Shown: piece after piece, positions 37,956 to 57,920 of the stretch
How the letters are laid out: each line of letters opens with the position of its first letter
Numbering within the stretch: position 1 is the stretch's first letter
Assembly (NCBI GenBank): GCA_973895155.1
Contig: OZ316897.1
Location: forward strand, 16,181,375 to 16,245,374
Direction of reading: 5' to 3'
Length of the DNA: 64,000 nucleotides
Source of the DNA: Marsupella aquatica
Taxonomy: Eukaryota > Plantae > Marchantiophyta
The notes under the pieces: model-generated
Database searches by the model: none
What the model saw: only the letters and a program-made list of their open reading frames with translations
Told to the model about the DNA's origin: nothing
Position numbers and translations under genes: made by a program

Positions 37956-40835
37956 AAACGTGGCCGTAACGTTTCTTGGAGCAGCAAAGCCCTTGGAAAC
38001 CACTGATTGCATAGGAATCTGATGAGGAAGTTTACATTTGCAAGTTGCTGGACATGCACTGGACCAAGATGAGTAACTTACTTGCAATTTCTATAAGTCC
38101 TGAGGACGTGCTTAACATTTTGTTCGTACTTTACTGACCAAGTTTTGAGTACCATGTATAAGGAGGATAGGGAGGAGCGAGGGGTTGTGGATGTAGAGCA
38201 TCCTCGAAATTGGATCTCGGCGTTATGAAGGGCTTTATGTGAGGTTGCATCTACTTAAGTACAGGATGTAACGTCCATGTAAACTGGGTGTTCATGTTAA
38301 CCAGATCCATCGAAGTTCCCCGAGTCCAATCTCACTGAGACGAGACTCGATTCAGGTACTTATCCTGGTATGAGAGTGAGGTTCTCAGTGAAATTGACAC
38401 AGAGGAATAAGACGGTTTGTATTCAAAACCTTTAGAAATACGAAACCGAATCTTCAGAGGACTGAAAGGGGGCAAACTGATGTAGAGGAAAGCACCCCTT
38501 CAACTAAAAGAGAAATCCGAAAAATTCAGGTCTTGAAGTAGTCGTTACGACTCTTGAAAATTTACCTGGAATCCAATCTCTGCGATAGTCTGCTCGATGT
38601 AAGCAATCGAAGCCCACTTCACCGTATGGCAGCAGTTGCCAGAACTCCTGTCAGACTGCTTGGTAGAAGCCATTACAGTTCCTGCCAGGTTACTTCTTTC
38701 CTTCATTGCAACTACAGTAGTCTGAAGAGATACAAAGTAATCTAAGAGAGAGAAAAAGGCCAACACGTGAGGCACACTTTTGTACCTATAAGCCTCCAGC
38801 TCAGACTCACATTCTTGACAACCTCGCTCTTCTGCTCAAATACATGATTAGGTGACATTTTTTAAGGTGACATTTTTTATAGCTGGCCCTCAGAACACCA
38901 AACACGTACAATTTAATTTGAGACTTAGGCTGGTAAGCTAGACTTCTTGGTAGTTGCACATCAAAAAGGAGCCTCTACCTACTGTAGAAGGAACAACACT
39001 CACTCATATAATACAATAATTGGCTTTATATATTGTGGTATGGAAAATCTGTCCAACCTCTGGTTACATGCCACGTGACACACTGTTGCCCTTGGATGTG
39101 CATTTGCCAGAAAGAGTAAAATTGTAGAAGGCATCAGAATCAGAGTACTTCAGTGATTGGTATTGAATGGATGCCACAAAGGCATTGTCCTTTGTTTTGG
39201 TCCCATTAAAAAACATCCAGCTGCTGCAACTGCAGAGAGACTGAACTGGCCATGTTGTTTAGGGGTAACCCATGGTCCTAACTAAGGGAATTCTGGGTCA
39301 AAATCCATGTGGACAGTGAGCCAGAGAGGGTTACAGGCATGGCCCGAGTGGCCATGGGTTACTAAGCCTACCTCCCCAAGTGTAGTTTTGCTCTAATTTG
39401 AAATGTCCAAAATTAGATTGCCTAGAGGTTGGCAAGCCACCAACGTACTCTGAGCCAGGCTAGCAGGGGGATTATGCCTCATAACCATCCCTAGAAATAC
39501 AAATAGAAAAGTACAGGAGGGGTGGCACATGAAGACATTCTGGCTCATGTATCTCACTAAACTTTCCAAATCCTTCTTTCACTCCAAGGATAAGATCTAC
39601 AGACCACAACTTGCAAAGAACTGTCTTGTGTATTGCCTGCCTGTCTGAGTCATGTTTTCACTTAATGGCCTCTTCAAGTGAAAATTTATAGGAAAAAATG
39701 CACCTGGCTAACCTTGCTAGGACACCTTTTTCAACTTGTCCGCCCTGCCCAGTCATCTTTGCAGCCTTATTGAGTAAGAAGCTTCCACACACAAAGGACT
39801 AATGAGCAATAGATACTTCATACCGGCAACTGATAACCGATGGGGCTGTGGCACTCTTCCACCTCATTGAAAAGCTTCACCACTTTTGGTGAAAATTTGC
39901 AGGCCTTTGTCTTTGATTAGCCAGATTACCACCTAGCCACAGACCACACTCACCAGGAAATCACCACAGAAGGACCTTAAAGGTATCCATAATGACCCCA
40001 GCTGATGACACAATAACCTGAGACCCCCCCACCAAGACCCCTGGCCATCATTCCATGCAAGCTTATTCACCACTCAAGGCAGGATTGGAAAACACCCAAG
40101 CATGTGGCAACACAGATTTAGGGGGAAATCTGTGAGTCAGGTCCCACAGAAAGGGACAGTGAGACACAACATTTGAACTTCCAACTTATGAGTAGCAACT
40201 CAAGTTATAACGCCAGAATCTGGAGGTTATCCTTGAATCTTGGGAGATCTAACAATTAGTAATACTCTCAGCTTGAGTTCTCCTTTAAACTAGATAACAT
40301 TAACCACCTTGGTGAAAAAGCATAAAGCCCATTTGTTAATTTGCACAGTCATGTTACTTAATAGGTTGAACTGAAGGCTCAGCAGATTTTGCTACTAACA
40401 CACACACAGAGGTAGTAATCAGTGAATGAATAATTTTCCTTTCTAGTGGTATCAACACAATTTGAGCCAAAGGAACTAAGGGCACTAATATATAATTGAA
40501 TTCTAAAGGAATCCCTGGCCTGGGCTATATAATTGATTGATTCTATAATTATATATGGCTGCCCAAATCGGATCAAGTACAGTCTACCAAAGCTTGGTTC
40601 TCACAAAGACATAGATGTAGTCGAGGCATGATCCTAATTATAAATGTTGCAAAGTGAAGACAAAAGAGTACACCCTGCTAAGAGTCTAGCTTTTATCTCA
40701 AATTATTATTTAGATGCCCAGATGATCATGACATTGGGCATGACATATGATAATATAGCTGCAGATGTTACCTATCCCCTGGTGGGGATGCTGCAAGACC
40801 ACCCCACCAGGTTTTCACTGCCGGACACAGTGTCT

Positions 40836-41117
40836 ACTTGTCGGACACGACAAATGACAACTCGTCGGCTCAAAAATGGGTCATTTGTCGGATATTCCTT
40901 TATATTCCCCGGCCAGGACCGACCCCCCAACCCAACCTCTCAACCCCCCCCCCCCCCCCCCCGGACCGACCCCAACCCAACCGAGCCCCCCAACCCTACC
41001 CCCCGGACCGACCCTGTCACCTGGCCGGGATCGACCAGGGCAACATATGTCATTTGTCGGACCCCAGAGGCCCTATTTGTCCGACAAGTCCAAATGGGGC
41101 CACCCCACTTGGCGACT
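40836..41117. mobile_element. C-rich miniature inverted-repeat element
   Basis: ACTTGTCGGACA (40836) ... TGTCCGACAAGT (41078-41089) inverted repeat, internal GTCATTTGTCGGA repeats, CCGGACCGACCC units and a long C-run. A small hairpin CCAAATGGGG-CCA-CCCCACTTGG follows. Confidence 0.6.
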
Positions 41118-43769
41118 ACTTTTGCAACTATGTCTTCACAGGTGATGCACCAATTAAATATATAGTTGGTACTGGCCAACTACATTCAGGCTTGAGCTAG
41201 TCTTGATGATCAATTGTAGATGTAGGGTCGACTAGTGTGTGGGCCACTGTTTGAAAGATAACTTGTTTATCTTGACATGAAGAGGCAGGGAAGTTTGCGT
41301 TGTAGAAAGAGAACTGATGCAACATAAATTTTGCCAACTGCATTTTTTGTCGACTATATCAAAGGCTATATCCAAACAGTGTAGTCAACGATCTACAGTA
41401 TTCAATATGGTGGGGATGCTTTCAAAGGAATAGGAAGTCAATCTGGTTGTCCATAGGTTTAATGTATGATGGGGGCCCTCACTATATGGAGCCCCCCACC
41501 ACCACATTGCACGTGAAGTTTTGAAGGCTTAGACACCCTAAAACTTAAGAAAATTTAACCTCCTTTAATTTGGAATCTTCTTGAAGTATTCCCTAATATT
41601 GGATAAAAGCCCCAGATTTCTTATGAGGCTCAAAATTGTCAGTATTTAAATGACCCAAATGTTAAAAAAATTAAAGTCTTCCCTCATAACCAATAAAAAT
41701 GTCCCTATGTTTTGTTGCAAGTGATGAACCACTTTTGCTGAAGTGAGACTCCTGAGAATGTATGCAGTGGTGAAGACCTCACGAGCTCTCATGCAAGAAA
41801 GACATCACCTGCTCTTCCACAGTATAAGTGCACAATGTATGACTGCATTCCATGCATAAATGCAGGGCAATCCTCAATTTCCTCAAATTGACAGTGTTTC
41901 CCTTTGTATAATTATGAACGGACCCCAACTTGCAGTTTTTCTTTGTGCATCTGGGGCCTCCACAAACAACACATATAAAGTGCATTTGGTGGAGAAGTGA
42001 TACATGCATATATCCACAACTGCACAACGTACACAATGGAATTTTATCGATAAATGCACAATGTAGTTTCAAGCAGTTATCCAATTTTCTTTTTCTTTTC
42101 TTTTCTTTTCTTTCTTTTTTACATGCAATACAAGGGCTCGGGTATGAGAAGTCCTATGTGTCTCATCTGACAGCACATATGGGGAAGTGCACCCGGGGAA
42201 GTGCATAAGGATTTCCCAGGCAATTATAGCACTGTGCATACCAAGGTTTTTTTTGTTTGGTTTTCCTTTTAATTAGTATTTGCCAGCTGAATACCCCTTG
42301 TCTGACAAGAATATTCTAGGAATGTTAGTTCTCTAAATTTCCTAGATGAACTTGAGACCCTTACATCTCCTTACTTAAGGACAGCCATCAGATTGTGGCT
42401 AATGGATACTCTGACTCAGTAGGACACTGGCAAATGGCACCCAAAAAAGTTGGTAAAGCTTTACGTCAGTCGAATTTTGCAAAGTTTGAGCTCTAAAAAA
42501 ATGCTACAGTGCACAATAAGTGCATGGTCTGCACTTTGTCATGGGATAATGTAGTTATGGACTGTAGACTTTAATATAAAATGACTCCTATGGCAACCAG
42601 CATTTTTTTAGCGGCAAAACATTTGTCACACTCTACCTCAGCAAAAGGCCTTTGCCACTTTTGGCAAAACTTTAGCCAATTTTTTTGTGTTCCATTAGCC
42701 AGATTTTCACAGACCCAGATAGCGCAATCAGAAAAAGATCTGTCAAATTGGGAAACAATATCGGAAAGGCAGGAGACTCAAGACAGGAGAGAAAGCACCC
42801 TAATACACTTATAGTCTCTAGATTGTAATATAAAATGACATCCAGGTACGTAACATGGTTCTTGAGAAACTCATTTATTCTAACCCCTTGGGTCCTACTC
42901 TTACATGCTACGCACCTGCCAGTTTCTATTTAAGTGATATGAGATGACCTCCATTTTTTTCTAAGATTCAAATCTTTTGTGTGCAAATGCACCTTTGTGA
43001 AATACACTTTGAGATGGGGGTTTGTGCCTTAGCTCATCAGCTTACAAGGCTTGAAGCTGTCACCTCGCCTGCTGCAATGAAGACTACTCCCACTGAGCTA
43101 CATTTGCTGGGACTACTATTGTTGAGCAAACTCTGCACCTATGTGGGTCTACATAGAGAAGGTAGCATTCCGCAATTATGTAAAGACATACACCCTCATG
43201 TCTCCTACCTTTTGTGCGCAGTGGCAGCATGCAATTAAGAATAAGGGCAACTTTGAGGCCAGTTAATACTGTTAAGATGTTCCTCACCAAAGACGGCTGC
43301 CCACTGTGTGAGCAAGTTAACCTGAATGTTGCTTTAAATTACCCGGAGCAGATAGTGCTGGTTACTCCAAGTGCATAGCTCAGGAGGGGTGCTCTCTATC
43401 GGAAGATACGGTCTCAAGCTGGCTCGGTGCACCCAGTTTCCTTGTAAACCACCACTGGCCATATAAAAGGAGGAGTGTCCAAAACTTCTTACTTTTTCAC
43501 ATTCTTCTCTCTCCCATGAGACTTGTGTTCCACAATTTTGGAAAAAATACTAAAAATGGTGAAATCTGTGTCTATACATTTTTGTCTTGGCTAGTGGCAG
43601 TTTAACACAAATCTACCCAAAGTGGTGTACACTAGAAGATCTTCGGTCTCAACCAACACTCAGCAGCAGGAGTGAGTTGGGCCGCGTTGGGCTGGGGGGC
43701 TCAAGGCTCATTGTGAGCCTTGATGTTAGCTTTGGTTGCACATTATGTCTTCACCTTCTGTGCTAGATG

Positions 43770-44125
43770 AGCAGCGTGCCATAACAAGCAGCACTAAAGG
43801 ACAAGACCACTGAAATGGTGGGACTGAATAACAGCAGCATTGAATAGCAGGGCCACTCCATGATGAGCTTGTCCAAAATAAAATGACTCCCAGTATGGCC
43901 ACCTTCAAGCAGAATGACAGGACCCCTGAATGGTGGGACTGAAGAAGGAAGCACCATTGAATTGCACTCAATTTTGAACTGGTCCAAAGACAAAAATGAC
44001 TCGCTAATATGGCGACATTCAAGCAGCACTGATAGGATCACTAAATGGTGGGACTGAATAAGTGCACCGTTGAATGCCACTCAATGGTGAACTGGTCCGA
44101 AATAAAATGACTCCCTAGTCGGGGA
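43770..44125. repeat. Three-copy 115 bp tandem array upstream of the MAPKK
   Basis: AATGGTGGGACTGAA at 43814, 43929 and 44044, each followed by GTCC.AA..AAAATGACTC. Confidence 0.85.
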
Positions 44126-44748
44126 CCTTCCTTCTGAGAAGCTGCGCATCAGGTTGCAGTGGGTCAATCGATACACGTGTCTACTCATGAGGTGGGTCCA
44201 ATGGTCAAACAGCGAGAGGACCCTTTTCTCAGCTTCGGTCGTGGGCAGATGAGAAAGATCGTTCTCTCAAATGCACCTCTCGAAACGTGCCTGGTGAGGT
44301 TCCAACTTCCAAAGATTGCTTTCTTGAGACTTCAGAGGTTGGTGGGTAAGGAAATGGGTGGCAACCGGAAAGGAGCCAGCAGCTGCCAGTCGATGTTCCG
44401 AAGCAGCAGCTGCCAAGTCGATGTTCCGAAGAAGCAGCTGCTGGAGAGCTGCGGAGTCGAATTCTGTAAACGACCGATGTCATAGCTTCTTCTTGATTGC
44501 AAGCAGAACAGCTCTCACGATGATAATGGAGAGAATTCGGTGAATGTGGAGCAGCAGAGATTGCGAATTGTCCTTCTCAGCAACAAGCGACGAAGGTTCG
44601 GATTCAAGCAAGTCCTCATCAAATAAGGATACCAAGGACGGGTCGATACAAAGAATAAAAATCTTTGGGCTGACGAGGATCTTTGGATTTTTAGATTTTG
44701 GTGAGGTCGGTCTCAAGGGTCGTCACGAGAAGGCTAGTCAAGAGGAGA

Positions 44749-45777
44749 ATGGGGGCAAAGAGGTGCCTGCGAGTCGACGTTCCTGAAGACGAGACCAAAT
44801 TTTCCAACTTCCTCACGGCCAGCGGAAGCTTTAAGGATGGCGACATCTCGTTGAACCGGCAAGGCTTGCGGATTTGCAACCAAGGTGCAACGCCAGTTCC
44901 GCAAGCTGGGCAGATCATGTTGGAAGACTTGGAGACTGTGCAGGTGATAGGGAAGGGGAGCAGTGGTGTGGTCCAGCTGGTGCGCCACAAATGGACCAAT
45001 GACGTTTTTGCATTGAAGCTCATTCAAATGAACATTGAGGAGACGGTGCGCAAACAGATTGTTCAGGAGCTGAGAATCAACAAGGCTGTCCACTGTGCGC
45101 ATGTGGTGCAGTATTATGAGGCTTTCTACAACAATGGTATCATCTCCATTCTGTTTGAGTACATGGATGAGGGTTCACTATCAGATCTTATCCAAAGAGT
45201 GGGGAAGATCCCTGAACCGTATCTTGCTGTTATAAGCAAACAGGTTCTGGAAGGATTGATTTTTCTGCATCACCACATCATTCATCGAGATATAAAACCC
45301 TCTAACTTGCTTGTCAACCACTTTGGTGAGGTGAAGATATCTGATTTTGGTATAAGTGCCTCTTTGAAAAACTCCATGGAACAGCGGAACTCATTTGTTG
45401 GAACATGTACGTATATGTCGCCTGAACGGTTGAGTGTCAAGGACTATGGATCTGCAAGTGACATTTGGAGCTTTGGCGTGACGTTGTTGGAGTGTGCTTG
45501 GGGACGCTTTCCTTACCAGCGTCCTACAGGTGAGGACGGTTGGAGCAGTGTCTTTGAGCTGATTGAAACGATTGTGGACCAACCTCCACCACTACCTTCT
45601 CCCAGTCAATTTTCTCCAGAGTTCTGCTCATTCATAGGATCTTGCATGCAAAAGGAGCCTCAGGATCGGATGTCACCTGCAGGTCTTCTCAATCATCCCT
45701 TTTTGAGAAAATACGCTGATGAAGCCGTCGATTTGGCTGTGCTTATTCCAAAGCATGAGGAAATGATTACAGGGTAG
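44749..45777 (+). CDS. MKK6: Mitogen-activated protein kinase kinase, group A (MKK6-like), single exon, 342 aa
   Basis: First ATG at 44749 (the ORF track starts at an upstream GTG). Motifs [44 protein letters not shown], activation loop SMEQRNS (S-X5-S), [11 protein letters not shown] and FSPEFCSF. No introns. Confidence 0.9.
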   Translation: MGAKRCLRVDVPEDETKFSNFLTASGSFKDGDISLNRQGLRICNQGATPVPQAGQIMLEDLETVQVIGKGSSGVVQLVRHKWTNDVFALKLIQMNIEETVRKQIVQELRINKAVHCAHVVQYYEAFYNNGIISILFEYMDEGSLSDLIQRVGKIPEPYLAVISKQVLEGLIFLHHHIIHRDIKPSNLLVNHFGEVKISDFGISASLKNSMEQRNSFVGTCTYMSPERLSVKDYGSASDIWSFGVTLLECAWGRFPYQRPTGEDGWSSVFELIETIVDQPPPLPSPSQFSPEFCSFIGSCMQKEPQDRMSPAGLLNHPFLRKYADEAVDLAVLIPKHEEMITG

Positions 45778-48700
45778 CCCATCCCATCAGTCTGAGCAGT
45801 TTTTTGTAGTTGAGGCTTATGAAGAAATCATGTCCACCAAGTCATGCTGGAATTGGAGAAGTTTGTATCCACAGACACTCCTGCATGATTCTCAGAATAG
45901 GTATGTGATTCAATTGGAGTTGGATGTAGATTCTCCAATTCCTAAAGATTTGAGATGCCAGCAGGACGTTAATTCTTGCTTTCATGGGACAGACAGAGCC
46001 TAGTCGTTTACAGTGAAAGGCGGAGCAGTAGGAAGGTGGAAATGTTCATTAGTCATCAAGGTTATATTCCACTCTTCCACCAATCGCGATATGTGGTTCA
46101 ATGTCAGGGACAAAGTTGTAGTTGCATATAAAACACAATTCATTGTCCCAAATCAAAGTGAGTCACGATCATGGAACCAATAGTGCTCGAGTCCCTTGCA
46201 CTTATGCAACTTCGGTCGCTCCCTGCTCATAGCCCTCTCCCCATGTACTAACCCCCCTTCCCTCCCCAAGTTTTCTTGCCCTCCTCAGGCCCGCATCCTC
46301 AAACTCATGTCCATCCTCTAAGCTGCCTCACCCTCGCGTTCTCTTCCCATCCTCCGTGCTCCAGTTTATGTGTCGGCTTTTTGTTCAAGATTTGCAGAGC
46401 GGCACAGTACATATGGCCATATCCAGTTTGCCAGAGAGGGAATGAGTCTCTTCCTGCACTCTGTTCATTCTGCGCTTTGTGTGAAGCAATCTTATGCATT
46501 CTGCATGTACTTTGGAGCAAGGAAATACTGACCAGCGCAAGGGGTAACTAGGCTTTCTATCTTCTCAGCGAGCAATGTAACGCAAGATTGAGAGTGCTCA
46601 CATGACATTGATATGAGGAGATCATTTAGCTGGTAGTTCATAATGGAAAGCCTGAGCAGGGTATTGCAGTTTGCAAACGTTATGTTCTCAGGGGAGATTA
46701 TCCCATAATTTTCTTGCATTTCCGCAACCTAGGTGATGGTGCAAACCCATTTGAAATTCATAGATTTCTCCAGCAAATTCGCTGGTGCCTCCATTGGACC
46801 ATTACTGTCCAACATACTACTGGAGGAATTAGATTCATGGCATCTCCATAGCCAACGGGTAAGATATAGATTTTGTTCCTTCGAGATATAATCCTCTGCT
46901 AGTAGAGCTCCATAGCAGGGCAGCCCTTCACACTCATTTTTCTTTTGCTCTTGATTGCGTACTAACAAATAGAGAAAAACGGATGGCATTACCAGACGAG
47001 ATTGTTGGATTGGATGTTAACCACTCCAATCACTGTGAAGAATTCCGTCTATCGAACAGGAACGGAAAGGTGTCAATCTGTAGCCAATCAATGCAAATGT
47101 TATCGTAGGTTGACAAAGCCAACACCTCTCCCAAACATTCAATTCATAGATTTTGATTTCAAATTGAACATACTGGTTATTTAGAAATCCCTTATTGATG
47201 ATAATAGTATTGACCATGCAAACTCATTGAACCACAGGTCTAGTTCCGCCACTTCTGTTGTTGTTTAGCAGATTTGATATTTATAATCGATGTGTAACTA
47301 TGAACTCCCAAATTGGCCGGCAGCTTCTACTTGAATTCCCTTCCCACTGAGAACATCGCTCAAATCATGACGTCCGATGTTGGAACAACAAAAGGTTCCT
47401 GGAACAATATTTTATTCATGAAGATACAAATTGACAATCATTAGAGCTCCATCGTTCTCCAAAATATCACGAGCGAAATTCGAAAGAACGTCATGGGGAC
47501 GAAACACAAACAGGATAGGCACTCGATTGACTGCTATTCATGAACAAAGAAAAACTCGAGCTCAAAGTCTGCATTTGGCAGTTCTGCCCTAGAAAAAATC
47601 TCTGGAGAATGCTTCCACTCTGTGCCTTACGATTGCCACAGAGTTTGGTAAGTCGTCCCGAAAAGTGTTGCTTATATGTGCCGATGGTGTCACGTTAGGT
47701 TCTCCTCTTAGTGATTGTAACTTTAGACAGGTACTGTAGTTGAAATCTAAGCTGAACCTTGCAGAATGACACAGTGCACATACAGTTTGTGCACGCTTCT
47801 AGGAGGAGCTATCGATTTGTAAGGTTCTTCACTTGAGGATGCAGGGAAAGATCACAAGCAAGTAACAATACATGTGGACTACCACCCCGACGAGTTCGAG
47901 GGAGTGGACTATTCTGTCCTCAAAACTTATCAAAGGCCCTCCAACAGCTTTCCTGGTGGATTGAGTGATAAGCAATCTAGTAGCCGTTCAAGCACTATAC
48001 ATCTCACTAACAAAGAAGCATTGATCCTCACTCACAGCTCCAGCCACAGATATTCACTAATTGGTGTTAATTGTTTGAGAGTATTATGTACTTCAGATTT
48101 GGGGACCATTGTGAGGCTCCAGCTTGTCGGTTTCAGAAAGGGGAGTTTTGGTACATCTGTCTAGAAAATTGTGGACTGGGACCATTCTCATTTTGGAAGC
48201 ATGTGGAATTATAATTGTGCTTCCACTGTTTTGACGTATGTTTGTTCAAGTCGCATAGTCCTCAACCCGCTGAATCAGCATCAGCATGTTCAAGTTTAAT
48301 TGGGTTTCCACTGTTTTTGACTTATATTTTGAATCGGAGAGTCCGAACCCTCCATGATTCGGCCCAACCGTGAAAGTCCCGTGAGTGACTATTGGAAATA
48401 GCATCTTAACGTCAATGGTCCCAACTACAATGATAGATAGGGGTGGACTGTCAAATTAGATCGAAATGATTCAAAAGGATTCAAAGTATGCTCCTGCATG
48501 GGCATCTGCAACTCTTCGTGGTCTCAATCCGTTCGGTTAATCACGAACGAGCGCCACACAATATTATTGACCAGTACGTTGTCCACCACTTTTACCGGAG
48601 CCCATGATGACATACTCTTACAGAGACGATCGACGAAGAACAGGCTGCAGATGGAAATAGAAGGGTAATAGGCGTTCGTAGTTCACAGCATGTAGCAGGA

Positions 48701-49682
48701 ACAGAGTTTGCATGCAGTTGTCCGAATCATTGTTCCATGAAGCTCCACCCAACATTTAGATATAGAAGGAGAATAGGAGTTCATAGTGCGAGGAATACGG
48801 CAGGCTTGTCCAGATTAATTGCCATTGAAACTCCACCCCCCGCCATCCTCAAATGCCCGGGTTGCAAGGTTTATGGACGACTCCAGATGAGACCTACAAG
48901 GAGAGGAGTAGTTCATGGCAGGCACTTAGCAGAAAAAGAGTTGGCATACAATGGGTAGCCCAAATAAGTACGTTGCAAGTACACCCAGCACTTGTACACA
49001 ATGCACCACGACGAACTGGAAGTCCAAAACCTTTATAACGAACAACAAACGCAGTTATCCTTGAATACACCGTGATTACCACACGACTGTCGTTTGAGAG
49101 TGCCACAATCAAGGCGGCAATTTTAGTTACATCGAATAAAGTATTGCCCTTGAAGTGACTTCTAACTGGTTGACTCTGGAGGACAAGCCAACACTAAATA
49201 AATCTGTAAAGCCCCACAGGGCACTAATCACTCTAACATTCCCAGAGACTCGTTCCACTCATGGCCTACAACTTCGGCGTGTGATGTTCCTTGTGACTTG
49301 GCAAACTCCCTGAGCCCACAATGGCAGGCAGGTACTCAACTGGGCGACAAAAGAATGGAGGAGTTTGCTGGAACTGCAGGCAGAGGAATACGGACTGTCA
49401 CTTGCAGGTGGTATGCCACCTGCATAAGAATGACTACTCTCCAACTAAGAATATGTGCGGGAGTGAGGCGTGGAATAACACCCTCGCATTAAATGACATG
49501 ACTTCTTGTGTTACTCTAAAACTACATATAAACATCTACCTAATATTATATCAATTCCAGACAGGCTGGCGTGAAAGAATGAACCTAACCAAACAATCCA
49601 ATCCTATGTTATCACTTTAAAGCTACAAGCGCTCCATTGCCTGAGATATCCAGATCACCGGTATGGAGCTCAATTCATTAAA

Positions 49683-57061
<7,379 letters not shown>

Positions 57062-57589
57062 GATCTCGTCGATTCTGTGATTGCTAAACGATGCACCTGT
57101 TCTCTTATTCGACCACCCTGACTGCTAATGTCCTTCGTTCTTCGTCTTCGTCGTCTCCACGCCGGTGCTGCTGCTCTTGCCACAACACAAGAAACAACAA
57201 ACACCAAACACCAGCACAGCAGCTACTACGACAGCAAGCGCCCGTCTCTCGACGAACCCGCGGCCAATTTCAAGCACCAACGCTGTGTGTTGGAGGATTC
57301 ACCTTCTTCAGTTGGACTGCGTCCGAAATGTACCAAGACAACTGACTTGCCCACTTCACTGACGGGCTTGTCCCCCTCCACTCTCTGCTTCTGCTTCTTC
57401 CACACTTCTTCTTCTACACGGCAATTGCGCGCGGGTCAACAGAATGCGTGACGATTTCTTCCTCGCAGAATGTGCAGCTGACATCCCAATTATCGGTCGT
57501 CGCGGTCTGCTGCAATGAGAGTAGGGAGAGGGGGGGAATCCGAGAGGGAGAGGGATTGATTGTCCCCTATTGGGCCTGTGTGCACGATG

Positions 57590-57920
57590 AGCTCTCTCTC
57601 TGTCCTCTCGAGAGGGCGAGAGAGAGAGGGGGAGAGAGAGAGAGAGAGAGAAGTGGCGTGGGTTGCCCTTGGGCTCAAGTCCGGTAGTTATTATGCTCCC
57701 CACCGCATTTCTCTCCCCTGATTTTGTCCTGAATGTTGCCACTTTTGTGCTGCCCGAACTCGCCTGACCTGCCCTTCACCTGCCCGCACAAGAGCTGCCC
57801 GAGCCCCGGTGCCCCACTAGCGCTGCCCTCCCTGCCCCAACTTGGAGCGACCCTTGTAGTGTAGCAGCTGGGTGTCTCAAACTTATGTTTCTTTATTTCC
57901 AATCCGCACCATATATATCC
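57590..57920 (-). promoter_or_regulatory. Probable promoter/5' leader of the AAA gene
   Basis: (CT)n pyrimidine tract on the minus strand (57610-57652) and a TATA-like ATATATAT at ~57911-57918. Confidence 0.4.

Noticed and set aside
40644-41200. Pro-rich 173-aa and overlapping ORFs
   Set aside because: They span the C-rich inverted-repeat element and have no domain motifs.
41779-42084. Cys/His-rich ORF resembling a zinc finger
   Set aside because: The Cys/His content comes from TGCA/TGTG-rich repeat DNA, with no canonical spacing.
46492-46989. Two in-frame minus-strand ORFs separated by one stop
   Set aside because: No recognisable motifs or convincing splice context; compatible with chance.
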